Shown here piece by piece: positions 29,694-40,036 of a DNA stretch of 64,000 nt (its first letter is position 1; every line of letters begins with the position of its first letter). The position numbers and the translations under genes were made by a program. A model generated the notes under the pieces. It was not told the origin of the DNA and searched no databases. It saw only the letters and a program-made list of their open reading frames with translations. This stretch comes from an uncultured delta proteobacterium (GTDB lineage: Bacteria; Desulfobacterota; Binatia; Binatales; Binataceae), in assembly GCA_963765675.1 (NCBI GenBank), contig CAVXXK010000001.1:1728001-1792000 (forward strand), written 5' to 3'.

Positions 29694-30248
29694 TCAGCTT
29701 TTTACGGCGTTCGTCGCGAGCGTGATAATCTCCGCGCTCGTGACCTTGCCGCGCGCGACTTCGAGTATCGCCACGGTCCCCGGCACGTTGACGAGGTTGT
29801 GCGGCAGCGTGGCGCTGCCGGGATTCACGACCAGGATCGAGCCGTAGCGCACGATACCCTCGACGTGGCTGTGCCCCTGCACGATCACGTCGACCGGGCC
29901 GCCGAAGTTGCGCTCGATCGCGCGGGCGAAAACCTCGTCTGAGGTTTCGTCGGGTGTCGGCACGGCATGCACGAGACCGATTCGCACGCCCTCGATCTCG
30001 AGCAGATGGGCCTCGCGTACGCGAGAGTCGGGATCGAGCCTGAAGCGATGGCCGTCAAGGCCCTCGTCGCCGTTGCCCATCGCGGCGATCACCGGCGCGA
30101 TTTTGGCCAGCTCGTCGAGCACGCGATTCACATAGACGTCGCCGGCGTGCATCACCAAATCGACGCCGCGAAATACCTCGAAGACCTCGGCGGGCAGATG
30201 CTCGCAGGCTTCGGGGATATGAGTGTCGGAAATCAGACCGATTCGCAT
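29694..30248 (-). CDS. metallophosphoesterase (YfcE-like)
   Basis: ISDTH, HAGD, GNGD, GHSH, NPGS. Confidence 0.88.
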   Translation of the reverse strand: MRIGLISDTHIPEACEHLPAEVFEVFRGVDLVMHAGDVYVNRVLDELAKIAPVIAAMGNGDEGLDGHRFRLDPDSRVREAHLLEIEGVRIGLVHAVPTPDETSDEVFARAIERNFGGPVDVIVQGHSHVEGIVRYGSILVVNPGSATLPHNLVNVPGTVAILEVARGKVTSAEIITLATNAVKS

Positions 30249-30419
30249 TTCGATACGTCCGGAGTGGAGATCCTCCGAAACGCGAAGGGTAAAGGCTATC
30301 ATGGGAGGACGGCGGCGGCAATTTTGCCGAATTCGCGGCGCATCGGGAAGCGTGCTAAAAGCGCTCACGTGCATCGCGGATGCGCCGGAATGGGGATCGG
30401 CGCTGATGCTGGAGGAATC

Positions 30420-30752
30420 ATGAAGGCATGGAAAATTCTCGCGGCGGCTGCCGCAATCGGAATGACGCTCGCGCTCGCGGGATGCGGTCATAAGCTGGTC
30501 GCTCTGCAAGGCGAGAAATCGGTGCCGATGTACCCGGACGAGCAGACATACACCAAGATCTCGTCGCTCAAGCAGCAGGGCGGCGTGCAGGGGATGCTGG
30601 GCAGCGTCGGGCAGGGGTTCGCGGCCAAGCAGATCGACGACCAGACGCCGGTCAAGGTGATCTCGACCGATGACAACGGCGCACAGGTGGAGATCATCGA
30701 CGGTCCAATGAAGGGGCAGTCGGGCTTCGTCGCAAAGCAGAACCTGGAGTGA
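30420..30752 (+). CDS. small hypothetical lipoprotein
   Basis: GGAGG SD, signal peptide with LAGC lipobox. Confidence 0.75.
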   Translation: MKAWKILAAAAAIGMTLALAGCGHKLVALQGEKSVPMYPDEQTYTKISSLKQQGGVQGMLGSVGQGFAAKQIDDQTPVKVISTDDNGAQVEIIDGPMKGQSGFVAKQNLE

Positions 30753-31127
30753 GCGGGTCGGCTCGCATCGGATGGCGATGATTTGAGAATCATAAAGCTG
30801 TTTTAACGGTGGCTTCGTTTGGGCTGTTTTCGTTCGTGCCGAAATAAGAACAGCTTGTAAATACTCGATAATTTGACGGGAAAAGTGGCTTCATTACACT
30901 TTTTCGCGAAATGCGAATCTCGGAAACATGCAGCGCTGGGAGGACTGGAGTCCTCAGGTTTTTTTGACGCGATTGAGGATCGAAGCTCTGGGGGTTCAAT
31001 TCCATGCGGACAGGATTGCACGGAATGGGATTGAGCATAAGGCTGAACAGTTCAGCCATGAACAAATCTGGCAAAAAACCTAACGATCGTTAGGTTGATG
31101 GCGCGTCGCTCGAAGTCTGATTCCTCG

Positions 31128-31295
31128 CCCTGAAAGGGAGAGGTTAGGCGAGGGTCCGAATTCAGCGCGACGCGCAGCGACGCGCGATTACAAAAAGAGA
31201 AGACGCAGAGCAGCACCCTCACCCGCGCGTCACGATGCTTGCGAAAAGAATCGCAACCATCGCGCCGCGCCGCCCTCTCCCGGAGGGAGAGGGTA
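31128..31295. repeat. CCCTCTCCC...GGGAGAGGG-type palindromic repeat cluster
   Basis: ccctctcccggagggagaggg; unit 31215-31295 has a diverged inverted copy at about 35170-35250. Confidence 0.75.
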
Positions 31296-31426
31296 TATTC
31301 GGGATCGTCGGCCGTGCGGATTTCACTAATCGCGCGAAGGAAATCGTCAATCGACTATTTCGTATTTCTGCCAGTGGCGGCCGACGGCCCGTCGGCTGAA
31401 GCGTAGCGTCGCCTTCGTCGCACGCG

Positions 31427-32683
31427 CTACGAGGCTTTGCGGTAGTCGCGGGGGGCGGTGCCGATTACGCCGGCGGCTTCGAGTTCTGATAGTTCCGCGT
31501 CGGTCATCCCTAACAACTCGCGGAAGACTTCGGCGTTGTGCTCGCCAAGGAGAGGCGCGGGAACGTGTTGCGATGCGGGCGTTGCCGACATCCGGGCTAC
31601 GGCGCCGGGATATAGATGCGTTCCCACGACGGCGCGCTCGACCGGAACGAAGTAGGCGCGATCCTGCAGCTGCGCGTCGCCGAGCACTGCCGGCGCCGAG
31701 TTTACCGGCGCCGCATAGACGCTCGCAGCGTGCAGACGGGCGACGGCGTCCTCTGCGCTAACCGTGGCGAGCGCGCGGGTCAGCTCGGCGTCGAGCGCGT
31801 CTTCGTTTGCTTTGCGATTTGATGCGTCGATGAAGCGCGGGTCGGTTGCGAGGCGCTCGAGTCCGAGAGCGCGCGCAAGAACGCGCCACTGATCGTCGGT
31901 CTGTGCGGCAATCGCGATCCATGCGTGCTCTTCGTCGCCGGCGCAGCGGAAGATTCCGTGCGGCGCGAATTGCGGATGCCGGTTTCCGCGAGGCGCGGGG
32001 ACCTTGCCCGTCAACTGATACTCGAGGATCGGACCGGCGAGCAGCGGTATTACGCCCTCGACTTGCGCGAGCTCGATCCATTGTCCGCGTCCGGTTTTTC
32101 CGCGCTCGTGCAGCGCCGCGAGAATTCCGAAAGTGCCGGTCAGGCCGCCGACCGGATCGCCGAGCGCGTTGGAGAGCGTGTAGGGCTGATCGCTGTCGTG
32201 ATAGCGCGCGAGTCCGGTCACACCGGCCATCGCCTCGACCGTGTTGCCGTAGCCACGCGAGAAAGTTTCGGGACCGCCGTATCCGAACGACGGCATCGAG
32301 ATCATTATCAACCGCGGATTTAGCGGCGCCAGAATTTCGTAGGTCAGGCCGAAGCGCTCCATCACGCCGGGGCTGTAGTTCTCGATGAGAATATCGCTGT
32401 GCGCGACCAGACGCTTAACCAGCGCGATTCCGCGCGGATTTAGAAGATCGAGGGTGACGCCGAGCTTGCCGCGATTGGTGGTGTTGAAGGTCGCGGCGCG
32501 CTCGATCGGCTGAAATTCCGGCGGCGCCATCGAGAGCGAGCCGCGCCACCAGTCGAAGTAGTGCGTGTCCTCGACCTTGATCACCTGCGCGCCCATCTCC
32601 GCCAGCATCTGGCCCGCGAGCGGCCCCGCCCATCCCATCGAGAGGTCGAGCACGCGAATTTTCTTGTCGAATATCGTGGTCAT
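31427..32683 (-). CDS. family III CoA-transferase (CaiB/BaiF), catalytic Asp present
   Basis: RVLDLSMGWAGP, NRGKLGVTLDL, ENYSPG, ALGDPVGG, APLLGEH. Confidence 0.9.
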   Translation of the reverse strand: MTTIFDKKIRVLDLSMGWAGPLAGQMLAEMGAQVIKVEDTHYFDWWRGSLSMAPPEFQPIERAATFNTTNRGKLGVTLDLLNPRGIALVKRLVAHSDILIENYSPGVMERFGLTYEILAPLNPRLIMISMPSFGYGGPETFSRGYGNTVEAMAGVTGLARYHDSDQPYTLSNALGDPVGGLTGTFGILAALHERGKTGRGQWIELAQVEGVIPLLAGPILEYQLTGKVPAPRGNRHPQFAPHGIFRCAGDEEHAWIAIAAQTDDQWRVLARALGLERLATDPRFIDASNRKANEDALDAELTRALATVSAEDAVARLHAASVYAAPVNSAPAVLGDAQLQDRAYFVPVERAVVGTHLYPGAVARMSATPASQHVPAPLLGEHNAEVFRELLGMTDAELSELEAAGVIGTAPRDYRKAS

Positions 32684-33864
32684 GCTGATGCCCCCGCGAT
32701 TACGCCCGAACGCTCCAGCGTTGCGAGACCGTCTTTGCCGACACCCGGCAGCGCGCCCAGGACTTCGCGATTATGCTCGCCCAAGCGCGGCGCGGGCCGC
32801 GTCGGTTCGGGGCGATGCGAATGCATCCGCAGCGGAGCGCCGGGGATGCGAATCCGGCCGAGAGCGGGATCGTCGACGGTTTCGAAATATTCGCGCGCTC
32901 TGGTCTGCTCCCATTCGAGCACTTCGGCGACGCTCGGGATCGGCACCAGCGGAATCGCGCGCGCCTGCCCCTCGCGATAGAGCCATCGGCGATCGTGTTC
33001 GAGAAAAAAGCGCGCGACGATATCGAGCAGGGCGTCGTTGCTGACCATTCGCTTGAGCGCGCTGTTGAAACGATCGTCGGTCACCAAATCGGGCCGCTGC
33101 ATCAGATCGCACAGACCCTGGAACTGCTTGTCGGTCACGCACTGGAGGCCGGCGTATCCGTCGCGGCATTTGAGCGTGACGATCAGGAACGGACCGATCG
33201 CGAAGCGGCGTCCGTTGCGCTCGCGCAAAATTCCGTTGTACTGGAACGCGACGGTTTCATAGATCATCGTCGCGACCGTCGCTTCGAGCAGCGAGATATC
33301 GACGTGCTGCCCGCGATGAGCGGTCAGGTTACGCGCGAGTATCGCCTGCATCGCACCGACCGCGCCGTAAAGTCCGCCGACGTATTGCGCGAGCGAGCCG
33401 GGCGGAGTCAGCGGAGCGCGGTCGCGTTCGCCGACGGGAAAGGTCCATCCGCCACGCGCGAACAGCGTCAGGTCGTTGAGCATGCCGCCGCTCTCGGCAC
33501 CGTCCTGTCCGAAATTCGAGATCGAAACGATCGACAATCGCGGAAAAGTTTCGAGCAACTCCGACGGTTCGAGCGCGAGATGCGCGAGGGTTCCGGGCGC
33601 GAAGTTTTCGACCAGCAAATCGGCGCCGGCCAGGAGCTCGCGAACGAGCGCGCGGCCGCGGGGATGCTTCAAATCGAGCGTGACGCCGAGCTTGTTGATG
33701 TTGAGGAATGAAAACAGCGGCGTGCCGCGGCTGCCTTCGCCGCCGGGCGGTTCGACCTTGATCACCTTGGCGCCGAAATCGGCGAGCAGCATCGTCGCGT
33801 ACGGACCCGCGATGAAATGGGTCAGGTCAACAACCGTGATATCGTTCAGCGCCTGATAACGCAT
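32680..33864 (-). CDS. family III CoA-transferase-like subunit
   Basis: VVDLTHFIAGP, GAKVIKVEPP, ENFAPG, APRLGEH; overlaps downstream paralog. Confidence 0.88.
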   Translation of the reverse strand: MRYQALNDITVVDLTHFIAGPYATMLLADFGAKVIKVEPPGGEGSRGTPLFSFLNINKLGVTLDLKHPRGRALVRELLAGADLLVENFAPGTLAHLALEPSELLETFPRLSIVSISNFGQDGAESGGMLNDLTLFARGGWTFPVGERDRAPLTPPGSLAQYVGGLYGAVGAMQAILARNLTAHRGQHVDISLLEATVATMIYETVAFQYNGILRERNGRRFAIGPFLIVTLKCRDGYAGLQCVTDKQFQGLCDLMQRPDLVTDDRFNSALKRMVSNDALLDIVARFFLEHDRRWLYREGQARAIPLVPIPSVAEVLEWEQTRAREYFETVDDPALGRIRIPGAPLRMHSHRPEPTRPAPRLGEHNREVLGALPGVGKDGLATLERSGVIAGASA

Positions 33865-33982
33865 TGCTCTCTTGGGCGCATTCGAGCGCAGAGTTGGCGC
33901 CGCTGTCAAATGCGCAAAAATTGTGGACCGGTGTGCGTGATCGTGCGATACCTCGGAGTACACATTTTTGCTGGAGGCTTCG

Positions 33983-34963
33983 ATGCAAACGCGAAAACTT
34001 GGCGGGCTTGCAGTGTCGGCGATCGGTCTCGGATGCATGGGGATGTCGGCGTTCTATGGGCCGCGCGACGAGAAGGAATCGCTCGCGACGATCGAGAGGT
34101 CGCTGGAGCTCGGATGCAACTTCCTGGACACGGCGGACGTGTACGGCCCTCACACGAATGAAGAGCTGGTCGGCAAAGCGATCAAGGGACGGCGCGACAA
34201 GTTCGTGATCGCGACCAAGTTCGCGATCGTCATCGGTCCGGGACCGAACCAGCGATCGATAAACGGCAAGCCTGATTATGTGAAGAGTGCATGTGACGCG
34301 AGCCTCAAGCGCCTCGGCATCGACACGATCGATCTTTACTATCAGCATCGCGTCGATCCGAACACTCCGATTGAAGACACCGTCGGCGCAATGGCGGATC
34401 TCGTCAAGCAGGGCAAGGTCCGCTATCTGGGACTGTCGGAAGCGGGCGCGAATACGCTGCGGCGCGCGTGCAAGGTGCATCAGATCACGGCGCTGCAGAG
34501 CGAGTACTCGCTATGGACGCGCGACCCCGAGGACGAAATTCTCCCGGCGTGCCGCGAGCTGGGCATCGGGCTGGTCGCCTACAGTCCGCTGGGGCGCGGA
34601 TTTCTGACCGGACAGATCCGCAAGTTCGAGGATCTCGCGGCGGACGATTACCGCCGCTTCTCGCCGCGCTTTCAGGGCGAGAACTTCGCTAAGAATCTCG
34701 AGCTGGTCGCTCGGGTCGAGGCGATCGCGAAAGAGAAGAAACGCACCGCCGGGCAGCTCGCGCTCGCGTGGGTGATGGCGCAAGGCGAGGATATCGTGCC
34801 GATTCCGGGAACCAAGCGGCGCAAGTATCTGGAGGAGAACTTGGGCGCGCTCGAGGTGAAGCTGACGCCCGCGGACCTCAAGCGAATCGAGGAGGTCGCG
34901 CCCAAGGGCGTCGCCGCGGGACTGCGCTATCCCGAGCAGATGATGTCTTCGGTGAATCGGTAG
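33983..34963 (+). CDS. aldo/keto reductase
   Basis: [43 protein letters not shown]. Confidence 0.93.
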   Translation: MQTRKLGGLAVSAIGLGCMGMSAFYGPRDEKESLATIERSLELGCNFLDTADVYGPHTNEELVGKAIKGRRDKFVIATKFAIVIGPGPNQRSINGKPDYVKSACDASLKRLGIDTIDLYYQHRVDPNTPIEDTVGAMADLVKQGKVRYLGLSEAGANTLRRACKVHQITALQSEYSLWTRDPEDEILPACRELGIGLVAYSPLGRGFLTGQIRKFEDLAADDYRRFSPRFQGENFAKNLELVARVEAIAKEKKRTAGQLALAWVMAQGEDIVPIPGTKRRKYLEENLGALEVKLTPADLKRIEEVAPKGVAAGLRYPEQMMSSVNR

Positions 34964-34992
34964 CGGTCGGCGTCGAGCAGCGCATGGTGTTC

Positions 34993-35250
34993 GCACTAAT
35001 CGCTTCGCGGAGATCCTTCGCCTGCGGCTCAGGATGACGGACAATCTTGAAGCGCAGGGGGACAGGTAGCGCGAAAGACGGGCGGCTCGCGAGCCGCCCC
35101 CTACGAAGAAAAGATTTCTATTCGTAGGGGCGCGTCGCGACGCGCCGGTCTTTTTTTGCGCTCCTGTCCATACCCTCTCCCGCCGGGAGAGGGCGACGCG
35201 GCGCGGCGATTGCTTCTTTTAGCAATCGCCGTGACGCGTGGGTGAGGGCG
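34993..35250. repeat. mosaic of three REP-like repeat families between convergent genes
   Basis: 46-bp TCAGGATGAC unit; GTAG-type REP pair (35080-35104, 35124-35146); ccctctcccgccgggagaggg unit. Confidence 0.8.
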
Positions 35251-35370
35251 GCCTTGCGCTGAGCTTTCTTTATAATCGCGCGGTGCTGCGCCGCGTTGAA
35301 CAAGGTCTCTCACCTTACCGCGTGCCAGTGGCACCTCCCATTCTGGGCGAGGGATCAGACGGCGGACGGG

Positions 35371-35995
35371 CTACACTTTCGGGACTGCCATGCCCTTTTT
35401 CACCGCCGGACGCGCGCCGATCGCGGTGACCCAGCGCTCGACGTGTCTTTGCTTCTCCGGTGACATCAGCCTTCGCGCTTCTGACCAGTCCGTATGCGGC
35501 CGAAATCCACGGATAGGTCGCGATATCCGCGATCGAGTAGTCGCCCGCCAGATACTCGGTGCGCGCGAGCTGATCGTCCATCACCTTGATGAGGCGCGCC
35601 GACTCGGTCATGTAGCGATCGATCGCGTATGGGATTTTTTCGGACGCCGTGTTAACGAAGTGATTAGTCTGCCCGAGCATCGGACCGACATTTGCCATCT
35701 GCCAGAAGAGCCACTCGAGCACCTTGGCGCGGCCCGGGTCGGTCTTCGGGATGAACTTGCCGGTCTTCTCGGCCAGATGCAGCAGAATCGCGCCCGACTC
35801 GAAAATCGAAAGGCCGCTCTCGCGCTCGACGATCGCGGGAATCTTGCTGTTGGGGCAAATCTTTACGAACTCAGGCTTGAACTGGTCGCCCTCGCGGATG
35901 TTCACCGGATGCACGGTGTACGGGAGCGCGCATTCCTCGAGCATCACGGAGACCTTGCGGCCGTTGGGCGTAGTCCAGGTGTAGAGATCGATCAT
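35371..35995 (-). CDS. glutathione S-transferase (YfcG/YghU-like), apparent frameshift near 35446
   Basis: MIDLYTWTTPNG, PNSKIPAI, FESGAIL, YSIADI; C-terminal ERWVTAIGARPAVKKGMAVP in alternate frame. Confidence 0.88.
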
Positions 35996-36135
35996 GGCAG
36001 TGTTCCTTCTCTGAATCAGTTGCGTTTCGCTACTGAACTTACCGGTATGCCTGCCGCGATCCGCAGGCAAGTGCGCCGGGGTTGCGAATCGAACGCGCGG
36101 CGCGCTAAGCCAAATCTCTGGCGAGGTATCAAATC

Positions 36136-37369
36136 ATGCAAAGCGTATCGCAACTCGAAGGCAGCCCCGAAATTCAGGAACTCCGCAAAAAGGTTTCCGA
36201 CTTTATCGGCGAGCTGATCTATCCGAACGAAGCCGCGCTCTTGAAACACGACGAAGAGTCGGGCCGCGTGATGAAATCGATCCAGTCGAAGGCCAAGGAG
36301 CGCGGCCTGTGGGCGCTCGGGCTGCCCAAAGAGATCGGCGGCGGCGGACTCGGCTTCATGCCGTACGTGTTCGTCAACGAGCTGGTCGGGCGCAGCGAAT
36401 TCGCGATGGCCGGCCTCGGCACGCATTCGGCGCAGGACGCGACGATGCTGCACATGTACGGCAGTCCCGAGCAGCAGAAGCGATGGCTGTTTCCGCTGGT
36501 CAACGGCGACATCTATCCGTGCTTCTCGATGACCGAGCCGGAGGTCTCGGGCGCCGACCCGACCGGGATTGCGCACGCGCGCGGTGCAGGACGGCGACGA
36601 ATGGGTAATCAACGGGCACAAGTGGTTTTCGAGCGGCGCAAATCATGCGGCGTACACCACGGTCATGCTGGTGACCGATCCCGACGCGGCGACCTACGAC
36701 AAGTTCAGCATGATTATCGTTCCGATCGATACGCCGGGACTCAAGATCGAGCGCATCATACCGGTGATGGGCGAGACCGCGGGCGGGCATTGCGAGATTC
36801 GCTTCAACGACGCACGGGTGCCGCTGACCAATCTGCTCGGGCCGCGCGGGCAGGCGTTCAAGATCGCTCAGAAGCGGCTCGGGCCCGGACGGATTTTCCA
36901 TTGCATGCGATGGCTCGGGCAGGCGCAGCGCGCGTTCGAGTTGATGGTCGAGCGAGCGCTCAGCCGCCAGACCTTCGGCGGGCCGCTCTCTGACAAGCAG
37001 ACGGTGCAGAACTGGATCGCCGATTCCGCGGCGGAGATCCAGGCCGCGCGATTGTTGACCCTCGATGCGGCGGCGAAGATCGACGCCGGCGACGAGGCGC
37101 GCGTCGAGATCTCGCTGATCAAGTTCTTCGGTGCCAAGGTCCTGCACGACGTGATCGATCGCGCGATCCAGGTGCACGGCGCACTCGGCGTGTCGGAGGA
37201 TACCCCGCTCGCGCGGATGTATCGTCACGCGCGTTTCGCACGGATCTACGACGGACCCGACGAGGTGCATCGGATGGTGGTATCGCGGCGAATCGTGAGC
37301 GAGTTCAAGAAGGGCCGCAAGTGGGACTTCGCCCGCGGCGTAAGGAGCAAAACCTTCCGCGAAGCATAA
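36136..37369 (+). CDS. acyl-CoA dehydrogenase, apparent frameshift near 36570
   Basis: FSMTEPEVSGAD then INGHKWFSSG, RLGPGRIFHCMR, IQVHGALG, IYDGPDEVH. Confidence 0.9.
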
Positions 37370-37469
37370 ACGATCGCTGCGCTCGCACACGGCGGGACGA
37401 ATCTGAAATGCCTTCTCCCACCGCAGAGCTGTGCGTAACCCATTCGACTGGGATGCTTACACGGATGGC

Positions 37470-37765
37470 GAGATTCCTCGCGATGTATGCAGCGCCAAAG
37501 ACAATGCACGACGCAGAGCTGGCGCTAGATTCGCGCTCGGAATGACAACTCTCGCGGGCTGTGTCATTCCGAGCGCGGGCAGGCGACGCCCAGGGCGACC
37601 ATAACGTCCGTCGAGTGGCAGAGATCGCGAGGATCTCGCCTCGGCACTGGCACAGTTTCCGAAGTATCAGGCAAAACTCTCCTTTCAGGGCGAGGAACCG
37701 GACAGAGATCGGCGCGATCGCGCGTACGTCCTTCTGTCGCGCGTGCCGCTGCGCCAGGAATCCCC
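37470..37765. repeat. GTCATTCC/GGAATGAC-type palindromic repeat
   Basis: cgcgctcggaatgaca...tgtcattccgagcgcg inverted pair; shared with 13091-13164. Confidence 0.7.
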
Positions 37766-37827
37766 GCGCGCACGCTCTCGCAAACGTCCGCCAACCGCTG
37801 TCATCGCCTGATGCTTTAATGTTCAGC

Positions 37828-38967
37828 ATGAATAAATTGGAAACTCATCGACCGGCTCGCGCTCGGCTGATAGTCCAAATGTTCGACACGCGGGATCTTG
37901 ACGATCTGGTTCAGAATGTCTTTCGGACCACGATCGCCGCGCGCGGGCTGCGATACGTCAGGCAATCCGATTGGCAATCCGCCATGGCTTTTACCGCCGC
38001 AATGGCGCCGGAATATTTGCGTCCCGATGACGAAGTTCTGATTGATATGCGCGACGACTGCGACTTGTGGCTGACTCTGGAGCGTCGCGGCGTTGTGATT
38101 CAACTCTTCGCCTGTGAGCAATTCGGCAGAGTTACTCTCTTGGCAGCCGGGTGCGATTCGCAATCAATCGAGGCATGCATTCGAGACCATCGCGCGATTT
38201 TCGAGTCGCCGGATTGCGAAGAACCCGACGGGCCGAGTGCGGAGATCGCGTTCTGGTGCCTGTCCGAAAAAGGACCCCAACGCAAAGCGAAGAAACTGAA
38301 GGTACCCGCATGGTGCGGGATCAAAGACAACTATGCGATGCGAACCGCCGCCGCGATCGACCATCTTCTCGCAGGCTTCAAAGCGGGCGTGGGCGGACGC
38401 CTGTTGCTGTGGCATGGAAAACCGGGAACGGGCAAAACCTTCGCAATTCGCGCGCTCGCATGGGAGTGGAGAGAGTTCTGCCGGTTCGAATATATTTTCG
38501 ATCCCGAAAACCTGCTTGGTCCACGCGCGGACTATCTATCGCGAATGATAATCGGCGGTAACGAATCGGAAGATAAAGGCAATACTCAGTGCTGGCGGAT
38601 GCTGGTGCTCGAAGACACGGGCGAGTTACTGAGTATGGATGCCAAAGAGCGCGCTGGCCAAGGCCTCTCGCGGCTACTCAATGCGGTAGACGGCCTGCCG
38701 GGTCAAGACTCGCGCGTGCTGCTGTTGATCACAACGAATGAGGACCTGGGCACACTCCATCCGGCGGTAACCCGTCCCGGCCGCTGCGCCTCGCAAATTG
38801 AGTTTCTGCCGCTTGCGCCCCCGGAAGCAAAAACCTGGCTCAAGAAACGCGCACAGAGGCGTGAGGTCGTCACGCCGAATGGCTCCAGAACGATCGCGGA
38901 ACTCTACGCAATACTCGACGGTCGATACGTACCCGATCGCTCATGCATCGGATTCGTAACTAGCTAG
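37828..38967 (+). CDS. AAA+ ATPase (BCS1/DUF5925-like), start uncertain
   Basis: LLLWHGKPGTGKT Walker A, LVLED Walker B, LSRLLNAVDG, TTN, RPGR. Confidence 0.8.
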   Translation: MNKLETHRPARARLIVQMFDTRDLDDLVQNVFRTTIAARGLRYVRQSDWQSAMAFTAAMAPEYLRPDDEVLIDMRDDCDLWLTLERRGVVIQLFACEQFGRVTLLAAGCDSQSIEACIRDHRAIFESPDCEEPDGPSAEIAFWCLSEKGPQRKAKKLKVPAWCGIKDNYAMRTAAAIDHLLAGFKAGVGGRLLLWHGKPGTGKTFAIRALAWEWREFCRFEYIFDPENLLGPRADYLSRMIIGGNESEDKGNTQCWRMLVLEDTGELLSMDAKERAGQGLSRLLNAVDGLPGQDSRVLLLITTNEDLGTLHPAVTRPGRCASQIEFLPLAPPEAKTWLKKRAQRREVVTPNGSRTIAELYAILDGRYVPDRSCIGFVTS

Positions 38968-39035
38968 AGGATCGAACACGAGCTTGGGCAGAGAGGTAGG
39001 TTTCTACTTATCCTTCCGAAACAGATTTCTCTGAA

Positions 39036-39121
39036 GTGGCACAGGCTTTCAGCCTGTGTTCTGAGAACTTCATGAGCCGGAATCATCCGAGTAAGAAGAC
39101 ACAGGCTAAAGCCTGTGCCAC
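39036..39121. repeat. GTGG-type REP doublet
   Basis: gtggcacaggctttcagcctgtg and inverted cacaggctaaagcctgtgccac. Confidence 0.8.
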
Positions 39122-39160
39122 CTCAGAACAGCAACGGAGACCAGATGGAGGAGCGCGGAA

Positions 39161-40006
39161 TCAGGTTTTGTACTTGCGCTCGAGGGCTTGGTAGTCGGGG
39201 ACACGCATGGTGCGGGTGAAGGATTCGAAGATGTTGTCCTTTGTCGTGGTCGAGGCGATCTTTCCGGTCGCGTGCAGTTCGCGCATCGTGGAGCGCATCA
39301 TCGCGTAGGCTGCGAGCATCGTGCCTATGTGGATGGTTAGCTTGAATGGATATTTTTTCAGCTCATCTATGGGTAGCAAGTCGCCGTTGTACATTAGCGG
39401 CAGATCACCGAGTCGCTTGGCGTAGGTATCCAGGTCTTCGCGGGTTTTGATTCCGTCGGCGAAGATCAGATCGGCTCCCGCGGCGCGATAGGCGCGGGCG
39501 CGCTTTTCCACTTCGCTCCATCCTTCCGGTTCCAGCGCGTCGGTGCGGGCTATAATCACGAGCTCCGGATCACGCCGCGCGTCGCAGGCGGCGCGCACTT
39601 TCGCAGTCATCTCGTTTTGCGGAATTACCTGTTTGCCGGAGAGGAAACCGCAGCGTTTGGGGAATACCTGATCCTCGATATGCAATGCGGCGGCGCCCGC
39701 GTCTTCATATTCGCGGATCGTGCGCGAGACGTTGAGCGGATTTCCGTAGCCGGTATCCGCGTCGCAGATTACCGGCACCTCGACGGCGTTTGAGATCGCG
39801 CGCGCGTTCGCCACCATCTCGGTCATCGTCAGCAGTCCCAAATCGGGAAACCCTCGCGATGCTGCCGTGCCGAATCCGGTCATGTAAACCGCCTCGAAGC
39901 CAGCTTCCTCGGCGAGGCGCGCCTGCAGGCAATCGAACACGAACGGTGCGACGATCATCTCGGGCCGCGAGAGCATCGCACGCAGCCGCGCTCTGGATTG
40001 ATTCAC
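39161..40006 (-). CDS. isocitrate lyase/PEP mutase family protein
   Basis: YMTGFG, DADTGYG, HIEDQ, KRCG, IIARTDA. Confidence 0.9.
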   Translation of the reverse strand: MNQSRARLRAMLSRPEMIVAPFVFDCLQARLAEEAGFEAVYMTGFGTAASRGFPDLGLLTMTEMVANARAISNAVEVPVICDADTGYGNPLNVSRTIREYEDAGAAALHIEDQVFPKRCGFLSGKQVIPQNEMTAKVRAACDARRDPELVIIARTDALEPEGWSEVEKRARAYRAAGADLIFADGIKTREDLDTYAKRLGDLPLMYNGDLLPIDELKKYPFKLTIHIGTMLAAYAMMRSTMRELHATGKIASTTTKDNIFESFTRTMRVPDYQALERKYKT

Positions 40007-40036
40007 GATCGAGTCTCCTTTTGAACGCGGCGCGGA

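Noticed and set aside
30790-31074. Short minus-strand ORFs in the AT-rich gap
   Set aside because: Atypical codon usage and no recognisable motifs or SD.
31252-31278. Fourth ECF promoter copy (CGCAAC-N16-CCTCT)
   Set aside because: Mismatch in the -10 box, lies inside a repeat, and no gene downstream on that strand.
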